This document shows, one piece after another, positions 1-12,036 of a stretch of DNA of 64,000 bases. Location of the stretch: positions 36,290,083-36,354,082 of the forward strand of contig NC_068982.1 of NCBI RefSeq assembly GCF_001194135.2. The letters run 5' to 3'. The number at the start of each line of letters is the position of its first letter. Within the stretch, counting starts at the first letter, position 1. The translations under genes were made by a program, and so were the position numbers. Source of the DNA: Octopus bimaculoides. Lineage: Eukaryota. Under the pieces are notes generated by a model, which worked only from the letters and a program-made list of their open reading frames with translations, did not search any database and was not told the DNA's origin.

Positions 1-280
1 GTATGTTGGCTGCTCAAGAGTGGGCAGCAAAAAAAAACCTATTTGTATATGCTCCACAAGGGAAAACAAGGAACATAGTTTAAAACGAGGTGTTATAATC
101 ACAACAGCAAGAAAGTATGTACATGATCACCTTCTTTTACGAAACTTCATTGACTTTCATATATTTATATTGATATACATATATATACATCTCTATATAT
201 AATGATGATGCGTAGTCTAGACAGCGTTTTTAGATTTCATTATTCTCTTTAACCCGGGCAACGCCGGGTATTTCTGCTAG
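1..280 (+). mobile_element. Helitron 3' end with frameshifted Pif1-type helicase C-terminus
   Basis: YVGCSRVGSKK/NLFVYAPQGKTRNIV (frameshift in the A9 run at 29-37) resembles the QLYVAxSRV helicase motif. Terminal hairpin ACCCGG-GCAACG-CCGGGT (252-269) followed by CTAG|T (277-281). Confidence 0.75.
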
Positions 281-317
<37 letters not shown>

Positions 318-335
318 ATCTACGTTTATATATCA

Positions 336-368
<33 letters not shown>

Positions 369-429
369 CATCTATGTATATATACATACATATATATAAA
401 TACATGCATAACCTCTCTCTTTCTCTCAC

Positions 430-601
430 AGACACACCAGCACCATTGCTCTCTCTGTCGCTCACATTGTTTTCATTACAAACTTTCCTGATTACCCGCT
501 TCATAATCTAATCCAGAAAAACATCGTGACCATTGGTTCAGTCGTCTGGTCGTGAAGAGGGAACAGACAGACATCCGGACATAACGCCCATTATCGTAAG
601 A
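430..601 (-). mobile_element. Probable 5' end of a non-autonomous Helitron
   Basis: Minus strand TCTTACGATAATGGGCGTTATGTCCGGATGTCTGTCTGT... starts with TC, has a (GTCT)n tract, then ...ttcacgaccagacgactgaaccaat, a layout typical of non-autonomous Helitron 5' ends. Confidence 0.45.
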
Positions 602-3600
602 AGGTATATCAACTACTAAGTGTATTAATCTACTCCTACTTTGAGTTATCTCCCTTGTAAACAATACAACTTGAGTCTTGTTTATTTCATTTCGTCTTTA
701 AGATCTTGTTTTTCATGTGGATGGCGTCTTTGAATCATATTTTCTTAATAGGTAGTTATTTTTCTATACCGACCAATTTACAATCTGGAATATCTAATTA
801 ATGCTTTTTTCCTCATTGCATAATTATTCCTAATTAACTTTTCATTTTTTCCTGCATTTAATATATGAACATTTACTTAACCATTAGTTTCATATGGATG
901 GCATCTGAATTATTCTATTTCAGCAATTTTGTAGCTTATTTTAACCACTTGAAAAACTTTGCTTCGAATAGCCAACCTCTATGCAATCACTAAACCTGCC
1001 AGTAATAGAATTTAAACTGGCTGTATCCAGCCCAATATTCTATTTGTTTTATGGTCAAACTGGCTACAATGTCATTCAAAAAATGTACAACCATAGCATT
1101 GAAATCTTAATGTTACAAAACAATGCTCAAGTAATTCAAAATAATATGAATAAATAAGCATTATAGTTTATAAAGTAATCTGAATGCTAAAGGGTTAAAT
1201 GTAAATTAAAATATATATATATATGTAAATAAGATACACAGTTAACAAGTCAATAAAATTTTAATTTTCTTTTAATCAATAATAAGAAAGAAATGAAAAA
1301 CATTTAAACACAGTTTAATTTTTCAAATTTAATTTATAAGAAAGAAAATACAGCCAATGTTAGTGTTCAGATATGTAAATATTTCCAGAATAAATTATTT
1401 TCTGGGAGTTTTGGTTTAAAACAAACCATTGTCAACATGATTTTAGTCTTTAGAAAGAATATCAACTTGAAATGTTCAGTGAACAGTGCAGGTAGGAATG
1501 GGAAAGTGAGACTTGTGTAATCACAGTTAGATTCTCCCCAAAATGGAAGAACAGAATAGGGAGGCAGGAAATGTAGGGAGTGGAAAGTGAGGGATGTTGC
1601 TGCATAGCTACAACTGCTGCAGCTTGCATCTTTGCCACTGCTCTTAGACATAGCAGTCAATAGGCAATTGGATATAGAAGTTCAAGTTTCAAGGACACCC
1701 ATTTTGAGACTGAAATGTTACCTTGAACTGAGATCATTTTTCAAGTCCATTATTAATTAATGGTCATATTTCTGAAAAAAAAAAAAAATATATACATATA
1801 TATGAGAAACAAGTAAAGAGGTCTGGAAAGTGTGTGTGTGAGACAGTAAGAGAGAGAGAGAGGAAGAGAAAAATAATTTCTTATATTTTATTACTTTACA
1901 TTCTAAGTAAACATAAGTTTTGTAATTTTATATATTTACAAAATACTCAGCAACTAGATGAAAATTATTTCTGGCCCTAAAGGGCATATTAATTAATTTT
2001 TTATTGAGAATATGTTTCAAGCCTTACTCTAAAGCAATTTAAAGGGCCTACAAAAATGTGCAGGTCTGATAAGTGAATGGTCAGAGTCCCAGTTGCTTGG
2101 TTGGATTATATTCAGATATAGTGTGTCAGAAACACATGTTATCACTGGTTGACTGACTGTTTATATCATGAATTTCGAGTGGTATTGATTTGGCTGTTGG
2201 TGTTTGTTTAACTCTTTCAATACCAACCCAACTGAGACTGACCTGGGACCCATGTCATCAAGCTGCATGTACCAAGGTATATCTCAGATAGAGTCATGGT
2301 CTAAATTCTATTATCCATATGAAGAATAACACAAGATTTCTATAGCTAAAAGATGTATTATAGTCTTCTGTATGAACCATTTTTGTTTAGTAGTCTTCAA
2401 AAGACAGTAAGAAAAAGAAAAAACTTAAGATGCAAAATTTGATATTATACCAAAAATTAATAAAAGTAGTGTATTCTTGTTAGAAATATTGTAATGAAAA
2501 GGCTAATATGAATTTAACTTAATACAGAGAACTTTTTAGAGTCATGTTTGAAATGATAAAATTCCTATAATTATTTTCTAAAGTTTAATTATAAAGTCAA
2601 CTTGTATACATTAGAAAAATTTAGTCAATAATATGTAGAACTATATCAAATCCACTGGTAGTTTGCTTCTATTTTAAAAGTTTCAATAATCACCTCATCT
2701 CTAAACCATAGAAGTAAACTAAAAAGCAAATAGCTAAGTGTGTAGATGGCTTCTTGAATCATTTTCTAAATAATTCTATTTTGCTATGCCAATAAATGTA
2801 CAACCTTGAACATTTATTTAAACATTCATTCATTGCTACTTGAGCAATTAAACAGAAAATCTACACTTTGTTGAGGTCAGAATAAGACCAAAATGTTTTC
2901 AGTTGTCTCCTATAATAAGTAGAACTTGAAGAAAGAAAAAAATATATTAGTCAGAGACTAATGTTTTTGTTTTTCTCATTGTATATTTATTACTAACATT
3001 AAATACATGATGCATTAAAGGTTTACCTATTGAAGATGACAGATCTAAACTGTAGTTAGAGCAATGTCCCAGCCACAAGCTGGTAGAAAAGCTCTGTACC
3101 CTTCAAATATGTACTAACTGACTATAGTAATCCATCCAACCCATGTTAGCTGTAAAGTATATGTAAAATAATGGTAATTATTAAATGATAACACTAATTT
3201 ACCTATTGTTTTTTTGATGCTGATGGTATCTCAGAATTATTTTCTAAAAAGCAAATAGTCTAGGGGAAACTATTCAGAACGTGACTGAGAAACAAAGATT
3301 TAACAATGAAGATACTATACAAAGTTATTTAAGATTGGTTTTTAAAACCAATGACATCAGACTAAAGAAGCAACATGATATTCTCTGAGCCAAATTATCT
3401 TTTTCATTGAGGTAAACTGTGCCAAATAGAGTAATCATGATAAAAGAATATTGATATCAATGATGATTATAATGATAATGTTAGTAATGATGTTTTCATT
3501 GTTGAATAGCTTCACTCATCCTGACCTGAACATATCCATGATATGGATATAGTTTAATGATAAGTTAGGTGCAACTCATATCAAGTTATAGTTTTGTCTG

Positions 3601-4111
3601 GGATTCTGTACACTGTCATAGTGTTTGTATGCATGCTGTCATGCAAGCTGGACACTGTTATAAAATAAAGTGCAGCATAATAGTTTTGGCTAGATGGTAA
3701 GTACAACTACCCGGTAGCTGTACTTGCTGTCTAACCAAACCTAAAAAATTCAAGGTAATCATTGCAATAAAAGTAGGCCAGGTGGACTTAGTTAATGATT
3801 GATTATTTCATTACCTTGGCATTTATGATAATGGACTGGCAACCAAGCCATAGCTTTTATGCTTTGAGGTGATGTCAATAATTCTTTTCTAATGATGTGG
3901 CATGTTTTGTACTTATATATCTATCTAAATGCTTTAAGAAAGAGTAAATGTGAAAGTGTTGACATAATTTTCTGGAGTGTTGTTAATGTATTTTTTGTCT
4001 GTGAATGTGGTTGCCAAGAATTACACTTCTCATAAACAGTAAGAGTGGAAATAGTTTTCAATGAAGAAAACTAAGCCAAACAGAAATATGTAATTTGAAT
4101 ATAAAGTTTAA

Positions 4112-4332
4112 TCCTCTAGCATTTAAACTGACCATGTCTGGCCCAAATATTCTACTACTTTTATATTAAAGCTGACAAGAGCCAGCCTTTCACACCTACC
4201 TTAAAATGTTATTCTAAAAATAAATAATCACATTTTAAAAATCTTGGAGTTATGAGATAATGCATGATTAATTCAAAACAATGTGAACAATTAAGCATTA
4301 CATTTGACAGAGTAATCTGAATGCTAAAGATG
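4112..4332. mobile_element. TTAA-flanked piggyBac-like MITE (~220 bp); related copies at ~1004-1194, 8190-8381, 9874-10077, 10696-11198, 14707-14930, 20843-21018, 27135-27238
   Basis: Family termini TTAA|CCCTTTAGCATT...AATGCTAAAGGG|TTAA with shared internal sequence. CCC/GGG ends and TTAA target are piggyBac hallmarks. Confidence 0.7.
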
Positions 4333-4645
4333 TAAAGTCATGATCCTTAATCTTTACAGTTGTTCTGCATATAAACTACATTGGTTTAAAATTTTGGCGT
4401 AAGGCTACCAATTTTAGGGGAGGGGGTAAGTTGATTATATTGACTTCAGTGCTTCATTGGCACTTATTTTATCAACCCCGAATGGGATGAAAGATAAAGT
4501 CAAGCTTGACAAAATTTGAACTCAGAATGTAAAGATGGATAAAATGCTGCATATAAACTACATTGTTAGTTATTTTAATTTTGTTCTGTATCTAATAAAA
4601 GGGTGTTATGTGTGTTCTAACCTGTTAAATAACAATAATACCTAC

Positions 4646-5130
4646 TCATTTTTCTGCTTCTTTGAAAGAATTTGCTTTTACAAGTTCCTGTGCTTCTTTA
4701 ACTGTCTTTGCCACAATTTTCTGAGCTAATTCTTCTGTATTTTCAGTTTGTTTGCTTTTATTTATTTTCCCCATGGTAACATGTGCCTCAGCAACTGTTG
4801 TTTCTCTAATTCTGTCAGCATGTAGTTTCTGTTCTTCCTTTGTGCTAACATCTGGACTGATTGTTTCTACATTAGTCTCAACAGACTCTTCTTCAATTCT
4901 TTCTAAGACACCTAATCCTCCAGAATCAGTCAGTGAACTTGGTGACACTGATAAGGGTCGTTTCTCCTTTGAAGTATTTGAACTGCCGAAAACAATAGGT
5001 GAAACTTCATGGGAAGTTTTGTAATAGACATTCTCCATCTGAATTTGGAGTTTTTCACATAAATCATTGACATCTGTTGATTTCAGACCAGTTGTTGGGG
5101 TTGGAGGTAGGATAGTAATGATAAATTTAC
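4646..5130 (-). CDS. AGPAT1/2: AGPAT terminal coding exon with long C-terminal extension, 485 bp to TGA
   Basis: actatAG|GT AAA TTT ATC...; GKFIITILPPTPTTGLKSTDVNDLCEKLQIQMENVY matches the AGPAT1/2 C-terminal region, then stays open to TGA at 4648-4646 (ORF 4646..5194; its first 21 aa are intronic). Confidence 0.92.
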
Positions 5131-6252
5131 CTATAGTTAACAAAAGGAAAAAAAAAAGAGAGAAGAATGAAAATAACACATTGAATTTGCTCATATATTT
5201 TCAAAATGAGGGGCATATTTAAAACAGTGTGTTTAAAAAGCATGAAATATTTCAAACTATATTAGACAACCAGTATTCTCTGCCATGTTACTAGATTAAA
5301 GTTAGAGAGAGAGAGGGATAATAAGAAACAAGTATAAATAAAAGAAAAAATAGAATAGATCCCACATTAGCTAAAATATTTATGCTGTTAAAGGTTAGAG
5401 TGCATCTAATTTTCTTTTATGAAGAAAGCAAAAGCTAGAATATATTCTGATTATTAAAAAAATAACCCCATTCCAGTTAAACTTCAAACATCTATTGAAG
5501 CTTTTTATTTTCTCTCATAATTCTCACTAATTAAGAAATTAATACAAATATTCTTCAAAACCTTCATGCTTCCTAAAATTTGCCTACAGTACACTTGATG
5601 CCCCTCACTCCATTTTTTTTTAATGACTTATTTACTGTTCACTTCCTGTGCATATTCTATGTACTGTTCATGCAGTTTTGCTCACTTCTTTTTTGATGAG
5701 TTGTAGTTCATTGTATACAGTAAGCTCATTATATAATATATATATATATATATATATAAACTATTGCATCATCTATTTGTTATCATAGTTGAAGTAAACT
5801 CTAATACTTGATAGTATATTTTATTACTTTCTTATCATTGTCTTTCAGAAGAAGATTAAGTTCCATTGTAGCCAGATTTGACATAACATCAGTTATGTAA
5901 CCATACTAGAAGATTTTCTTGTTGCTTTCTCCAAATGAGCTTAAAGCCTACAGTTTGTATGAAAACATCAGACATTTTCAGGAGTATAAATGAGATAAGT
6001 GAAGTGAAATGGCTAAATCTGGCAATACAAACTAAATTTCAGATTCATACGTACTTATGGCATTTATTTGTATTACTACTAGCAGCAAATCTTTGTTAAC
6101 CAGTAAAATGCTCAGCAATTATAAAATTTAAGTAGCTTACACAAATGAAACAAGGTTTTTTATGACAAGCCTATGAAAGAATGCTCAAAAATTATGAAGC
6201 AACACTAAGCTAAAAATCATTTCAACTTTGAAAGAACTCAAAATATAATTAC

Positions 6253-6325
6253 CAGGCTCCAACTTTTTTTCGTTTTTGCTATAAAATGGTTGAAATGACG
6301 AAAAGATCACTGGTACAATTGGGAC
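6253..6325 (-). CDS. AGPAT1/2: AGPAT exon (human exon 5 equivalent), 73 bp; absent from ORF track
   Basis: ttttcAG|GTC CCA ATT GTA CCA...CCT G|GTaat; encodes VPIVPVIFSSFQPFYSKNEKKLEP-G with motif IV IVPV. Confidence 0.95.
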
Positions 6326-6584
6326 CTGAAAATAAAAGTCATCCATAAGTTAACTCTTTCAACAAATTCAACTTTTTAACAATTAATTATGGAACAAAAG
6401 GGTCTGTCTTAAAAACTAAATTCTTTCTTGGATCTTTTAAATCTTGTTACCATATGCCCCAAAACCCAATAAGTACTGCAACAGGTACCGATACCTTGTG
6501 TCAGCTTTGGTATGGCTTCTGCAGCTAGATGCCCTTCCTGATGCCAACCACTTCACAGTGTGTATTATATACTTTTCATTTTAT

Positions 6585-6813
6585 TCTTTTATTTGTTTCA
6601 ATCATTTGACTGTGGCCATGCTGGAGCACTGCCTTGAAGGATCTTAGTTAAACAAGTCAGCCCCAAGACTTATTTTTAAAGCTTAGTACTTATTCTATTG
6701 GTCTCTTTGCCAAACTGTTAAGTTACGGAGACGTAAACACACCAACACCAGTTGTCAAGCAGTGATGGGGCGGGGGACAAATACAGACACACACATAGGT
6801 ATATACATATGCG

Positions 6814-6844
<31 letters not shown>

Positions 6845-7000
6845 GACAGGCTTCTTTCAGTTTCCATTTACCAAATCCACTCACAAGGCTTTAGTCAGCC
6901 CAAGACTATAGTAGAAGACATTTGCCCAAGGTGCCATGCAGTGGGACTGTACCTGGAATCATGTGTTTAGGAAGCAAACTTCTTACCACACAGCCACACC
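6585..7000 (-). mobile_element. tRNA-derived SINE with internal (CA)n/(TA)n microsatellite
   Basis: Head GGTGTGGCTGTGTGGTAAG...GGTTC (A/B-box-like) at the high end, microsatellite in the middle, tail ...CAGCATGGCCACAGTCAAATGATTGAAACAA; many copies in window. Confidence 0.85.
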
Positions 7001-9298
7001 TTTTTTAGATACTTTTTATTCATGCCATTGGTAGAAGGGCAGTTGCCAAGTAATTTGCAAGACAAAAGAGAACAGAGGTGAGGGATATCTGAGAGGGAGA
7101 GGTGAATTTATGCCATGTGTTGAATGGCTAAAGTATGATAGAAGGACAAGTATAGGTGTCTCACTATAGAGGGGATACGTGACTACCACACATTATATAA
7201 GGGCGAGTGGGAGTAGTTAGGAAGGAGATAAAGACAGTAGTGATGGAGTGATTAAATGAGGTTGAAGTAGGATTTGTTCTTCCTAGTAAAACCCGCACCA
7301 GCAATGACTACCTAAACACATCCATGGGCTGTAGGGTTGTTGCCTGAGTGGTGCAAAGGTGTCATCAGCCAGGAGTAGTAGGGAGTCGCCAACACATGGT
7401 GGAAATGGTATTGCACTGTTACAGCTCATTCCCCCATACTACTACTACTACTACTATTGGGAAAATTCTGCATAATGATGAAGCCTTAAAAGTCAGCATT
7501 GTCCACCAGTATCTCAACTGTCCAGATTAATAACTTCTACATTTTAATTAATTAATGTTTCAAATCTTCATTGGTTTACTCCCCCTCCCCCCGTCTCTCT
7601 TTGCTAATCACTCTCATTACTATTATTATCCACCAGCACTCTTCTACTCAGTATCAAATTAACCATACATTTTGGATTAAAAGATTTTGTTTTTAAATAG
7701 ATTTGAATAATTCTATGAGGAAAAACAATGAAGCTTTGTTAATATATAAAAATCACACAATGAATATTAGCTACAATGGATTATACATTAATTTTTAATT
7801 GAATTATTATCAATAGCTCAATTTATTAATGGAGAAATTTGTATTTCAGGCATAAAGGCTAATGAATTTATTAAGAATCAGTTCCGTGCTTATGTGGTAT
7901 TCCAATGTAACAGATTTTAAAAAAATGACAATTTGAGTAAAATTATGTGTGTGTGTGTGTGTGTGAGTGAGTGAAAAGAATAAAACTCTTAATGAAATGG
8001 ATACATTTACAGTGAAGTAATTCATTACAGCTACTTAATTTATCTAAAGCTTTTAAAGAGAGATAATTAAAAATGTTTTTAAGTGATAATAAAAATTTAA
8101 AAATATTAACAAAAATAAAGACTCATCAAATAGATTTTTTTTTAATACTTTACAGTATGCATTAGTTCATGACTCTAAATATCAGTATTTAGCATTTAAA
8201 CTGGCCATATCCGGCACAAATACTCTATCAGTTTTATGTTCAAGGCAAGACAGATCTAACCTCTTGCATCTATTTTATAATGGCCTTCTAATAATAATAA
8301 AAAAACTAAAAGAAAACTCACATCATTGAAATATATAAGCATATAAGCATTCCGTTTAATAGTTATCTGAATACAAAAGGGTTAAAATTCACTGGTGAAA
8401 ATTGCTAAGCTAATGTAGTTCAACTAAATGATATTATTACAGTTTACTGAAATAGAAAGTAAATCGGTTATTACTTTTGTAATAACCGATTTACTTTCTA
8501 TTTCAGTAAAAACTATATTATCATTCAAGTTCAATATACTCAGTTTGCAATTTTCTCATCATATGATTCTGATTGGAATTTAAACTTGTTACCAAGAAGT
8601 CAATTTTAACTCCATTTTAAAAATCCAATGAGGCTTCATGCTGTTTTTTTATTTTCCATGTCTTTTCATAATTTTAATATACAAAGCACTTTAAAATTCT
8701 GGGTTTTTTTTCTTGACTATGGTGGACCAATGTTTTTGCAATAGCAATTGTGCATCAGTAATACATTCATCTAATTCATGATAGCATATAATAAATGGAG
8801 GGAAAAATAATTGATATATATATATAAATTAATATAAACAGCTAGGTGCAATGTAATACCATAAAGGAAAAATTTAATCGTCACTAAGTGTGACAAAGGG
8901 TGCTGAAGCACCTACTTTGCTAGAGATAAGAGTTAAAATACTCCTAAGAAGAATGCAACATATAGACATATACTGACAGGGGAGGTAACTGCCCAATGAC
9001 CGTTGCTAGGATCACCAGACTAGCCCTAGTTTTGCCTATATATATATATAAATAATATATAAATGTAAGCATATATCCATACATATATGTACATACCTAC
9101 ATCTATATGTATACATGCATGCATATATGGGTACAGAACATCAAAAAAACGTTAAACACAATGAGAAACGAAAACATAGAAAATAAACATTTTTCGAACA
9201 ACGAAAAAAACAGAGAAACGAGACATGCAACATAAAGAGTATACCCCTTCGTCAGTTGTCCCTGTTTCATCTACTCCGCATTTCGAAGGCAAAGACAA

Positions 9299-9340
<42 letters not shown>

Positions 9341-10097
9341 GATCTATATTTAACATCTGTGTTCCATGCTGGCATGGGTTGGACAGTTTTACAGATTTGA
9401 CAGGTCAGAGGACTGTCAATTTCTAATACCTGTTTTGGCATGGGTGTTATAGCTGGATGCCCTTCCTAATGCCAACCAATGTACAAATTGTACTGGGTGC
9501 TCTTTCCTGCCACTGGCACTAGTGAGGTCATGAAGCAGCTCACAGACAAGACCCCATGATTGAGAGGGAGTAGTATTGAGAGAGGTGTCTTATGCCAGGT
9601 GTTGAGAGGCAAGTATGATAGAGGATAGGAACAGGTGTCTTGCTGTAGAGGAGAGACATGACTATCCCAGCTGGAAAATGAGAAAAGATGGTGGTTATAC
9701 ACACATATACAACTACAGGGAAAGAGAAAACTTGGAGAAAAAATTAACTACTGAGGTATTGATGCATGTGTGAGAGTGAGTTCTATCTATGCAGATTATA
9801 TTCATTTTAGTTATCATAGTTTGATTATAAAGCTGATTCAATCACTACTAGATAACGGAAGATGAGACATTCACCCTTTAGCATTCAGATTACTCGGTCA
9901 AATTTAAAAGTTATTAATTCACATAGTTTTGAATTAATCATATTGTAGCTCTGAGATTTCAATGATGTGATTGTATATTTTTAGAGTGATATTTGTAAGA
10001 GGCCAGAATGTGACAGTTTGAACATAAAAACAGGTGGAATATTTGAGCCAGATATGGCTGGTTTAAATTATCAAAAAGGCAAATTACATCAGCATAC

Positions 10098-10193
10098 CTG
10101 GGACTGAACTGCCAAATGAAAAACACCCTTTTTGAAGGGTAACATGCGTCCATCACGATTTCGAGTACCTTCTGGGAATGTGAATAAGCGAAT
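10098..10193 (-). CDS. AGPAT1/2: AGPAT exon (human exon 4 equivalent), 96 bp; not represented in its coding frame in the ORF track
   Basis: tctcAG|ATT CGC TTA...TCC CAG|GTatg; encodes [32 protein letters not shown] with motif III FPEGTR. Preceding intron is only 112 bp. Confidence 0.96.
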
Positions 10194-10305
10194 CTGAGAA
10201 AAAACAGATGAACAAATATAAAAGTCAATGCAATATTCAACAATACCAAGATTGACAGCAAATAGAAAAAAAAAAAAATTTAGTCTTAGAAATAAAATAA
10301 TGTAC

Positions 10306-10481
10306 CTGTTTTTTTGTAATAATTTCTGCTGTATCCACCAGCGTTTTTAGTGCTTTTTCATGATTTAAACGATCAATAAAGATTGTGCCACAAAGCCAGG
10401 CAGCTACACCAAATACACCAGTATATAAGAGTTCTTTTTTGGCTAAACTAGTGCAGTAATCTGGCCATATTTCCATCATAC
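10306..10481 (-). CDS. AGPAT1/2: AGPAT exon (human exon 3 equivalent), 176 bp
   Basis: ttctAG|GT ATG ATG GAA...CAG|GTaca; encodes (G)[58 protein letters not shown] with motif II FIDR; same length as human AGPAT2 exon 3. Confidence 0.96.
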
Positions 10482-10810
10482 CTAGAATAAAATAAAATAA
10501 ATAAATTAAAATCTGACAGAGTTATTGCTATTTAAACTATAATTAGACAGATGAAAATATGACAATCATTTTGTAACTTTTGTAAAATAGGTAAATTTAT
10601 TGTAGCCTTTATTGAAATATGTGGTTTATTTTAGGAAATCTTAAAAAACGAAAACAAGAAGTAGGAAGGAGTTCAGAGTGACAAAAAGATAAAATTTTAA
10701 CTCTTTAGCATTCGGATTACCCTTTCAAATGTATTGCTTATTTATACACATTGTTTTGAATTAATCATGCACTATCTTGTAACTTTGAGATTTTGACGAG
10801 GTAACTATTT

Positions 10811-11090
10811 CATCATCATCATCATCATCGTCGTCGTTTAACGTCCACTTTCCATGCTAGCATGGGTTGGACGATTTGACTGAGGACTGGTGAAACTAGA
10901 TGGCTACACCAGGCACCAATCTGATTTGGCAGAGTTTCTACAGCTGGATGCCCTTCCTAACGCCAACCACTCAGAGAGTGTAGTGGGTGCTTTTTACGTG
11001 CCACCGGCACGAAGGCCAGTCAAGCGGTACTGGCAACGGCCACGCTCAAAATGGTGTATTTTATGTGCCACCCGCACATAAAATACATTT
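10811..11090 (-). mobile_element. RTE LINE 3' tail inserted into a TTAA MITE; related tails at ~6480-6560, 9345-9700, 21050-21275(+), 22960-23200(+), 47390-47560, 50640-50810(+)
   Basis: (CAT)n tail followed by cgtttaacgtccactttccatgctagcatgggttggacg and the CTGGATGCCCTTCCTAACGCCAACC motif, also present at the 3' end of the long RTE at 54099-55950. Confidence 0.75.
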
Positions 11091-11706
11091 ATTTTTAGAA
11101 TATTGTTGGTTTGGTGTGAGATGCCATACCTGGCTGGTTTGAACCTAAAACAGGTAGAATATTTTGGCCGGACATGGCCAGTTTAAATGCTAAAGGGTTA
11201 AAGTAACATAACATCTTTTAAATGGAATTGTAACAATATGCTTTATAAGAGTATTTTGTTGACAAGAACATTTTTCAAATAGCAATTTTCCATTTATTTA
11301 GTCCAAAAATCTCAAGTTTCAAAATGTCATCCCTCATATACAAATCCAGCCTCTGTTTTGAAGTTATATATGGGCACTAATAGACGTCAGTAATACTTAT
11401 CTAAATTGAAACAAGCAGAACAAGCTAGAAGAGATATGCAGATATATAATCAAATCACTTAAATCTATTACTTTGTTTCTGTTCTAGTAACCTAATTGAA
11501 GTGATAAAATCTTGAAAGAATGAAGCATAACACAGATATCGATAAATGATGAACTGAAGGACTTTGCTGATTTGATCATCACCATGTCCCTAACACACTT
11601 TAATATTGATTTATTTTCGAATCAAAGGTAAAATTAAAAAAAAAATCAAAAAATTAAAATACATAAAATATTAATTTCCACATAACACTTCCTTATTTGC
11701 TTTAAC

Positions 11707-11748
<42 letters not shown>

Positions 11749-12036
11749 ATAATCTGATACCTTTAAATTCAATTTGTGCAAATCAAAGACATTTCACATC
11801 AAACCTAACAGCAGTACATATGCAAAAAGTAAGGTGTTTATGTTAGAAAGCAAGCATTTATAATTTTATGTCAGAAAGCAAGCATTTATAAACCAATTAC
11901 AATTCCACAGGGTATTTCTATTTTCATCTATTCTACATGTTAGTGTTATGAAGAATAACAATATTTATATAATTCATTTTTGTATCTGGTTTGCGAGATT
12001 CTTTATGTGAATTCGTGTGTTGAAACAAATTTTTTT

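Noticed and set aside
4625-4648. Stop TGA followed by donor-like GTAGGT; read-through would add X-VGIIVI
   Set aside because: The stop stays in the exon under either nearby donor, UGA-G is not a leaky context, and nothing in the sequence supports editing or read-through.
4649-4663. C-terminal lysines as an ER dilysine retrieval signal
   Set aside because: KEAEK places Lys at -1 and -5, matching neither KKxx nor KxKxx.
4752-5024. 90-aa plus-strand ORF
   Set aside because: Antisense shadow of the AGPAT terminal exon.
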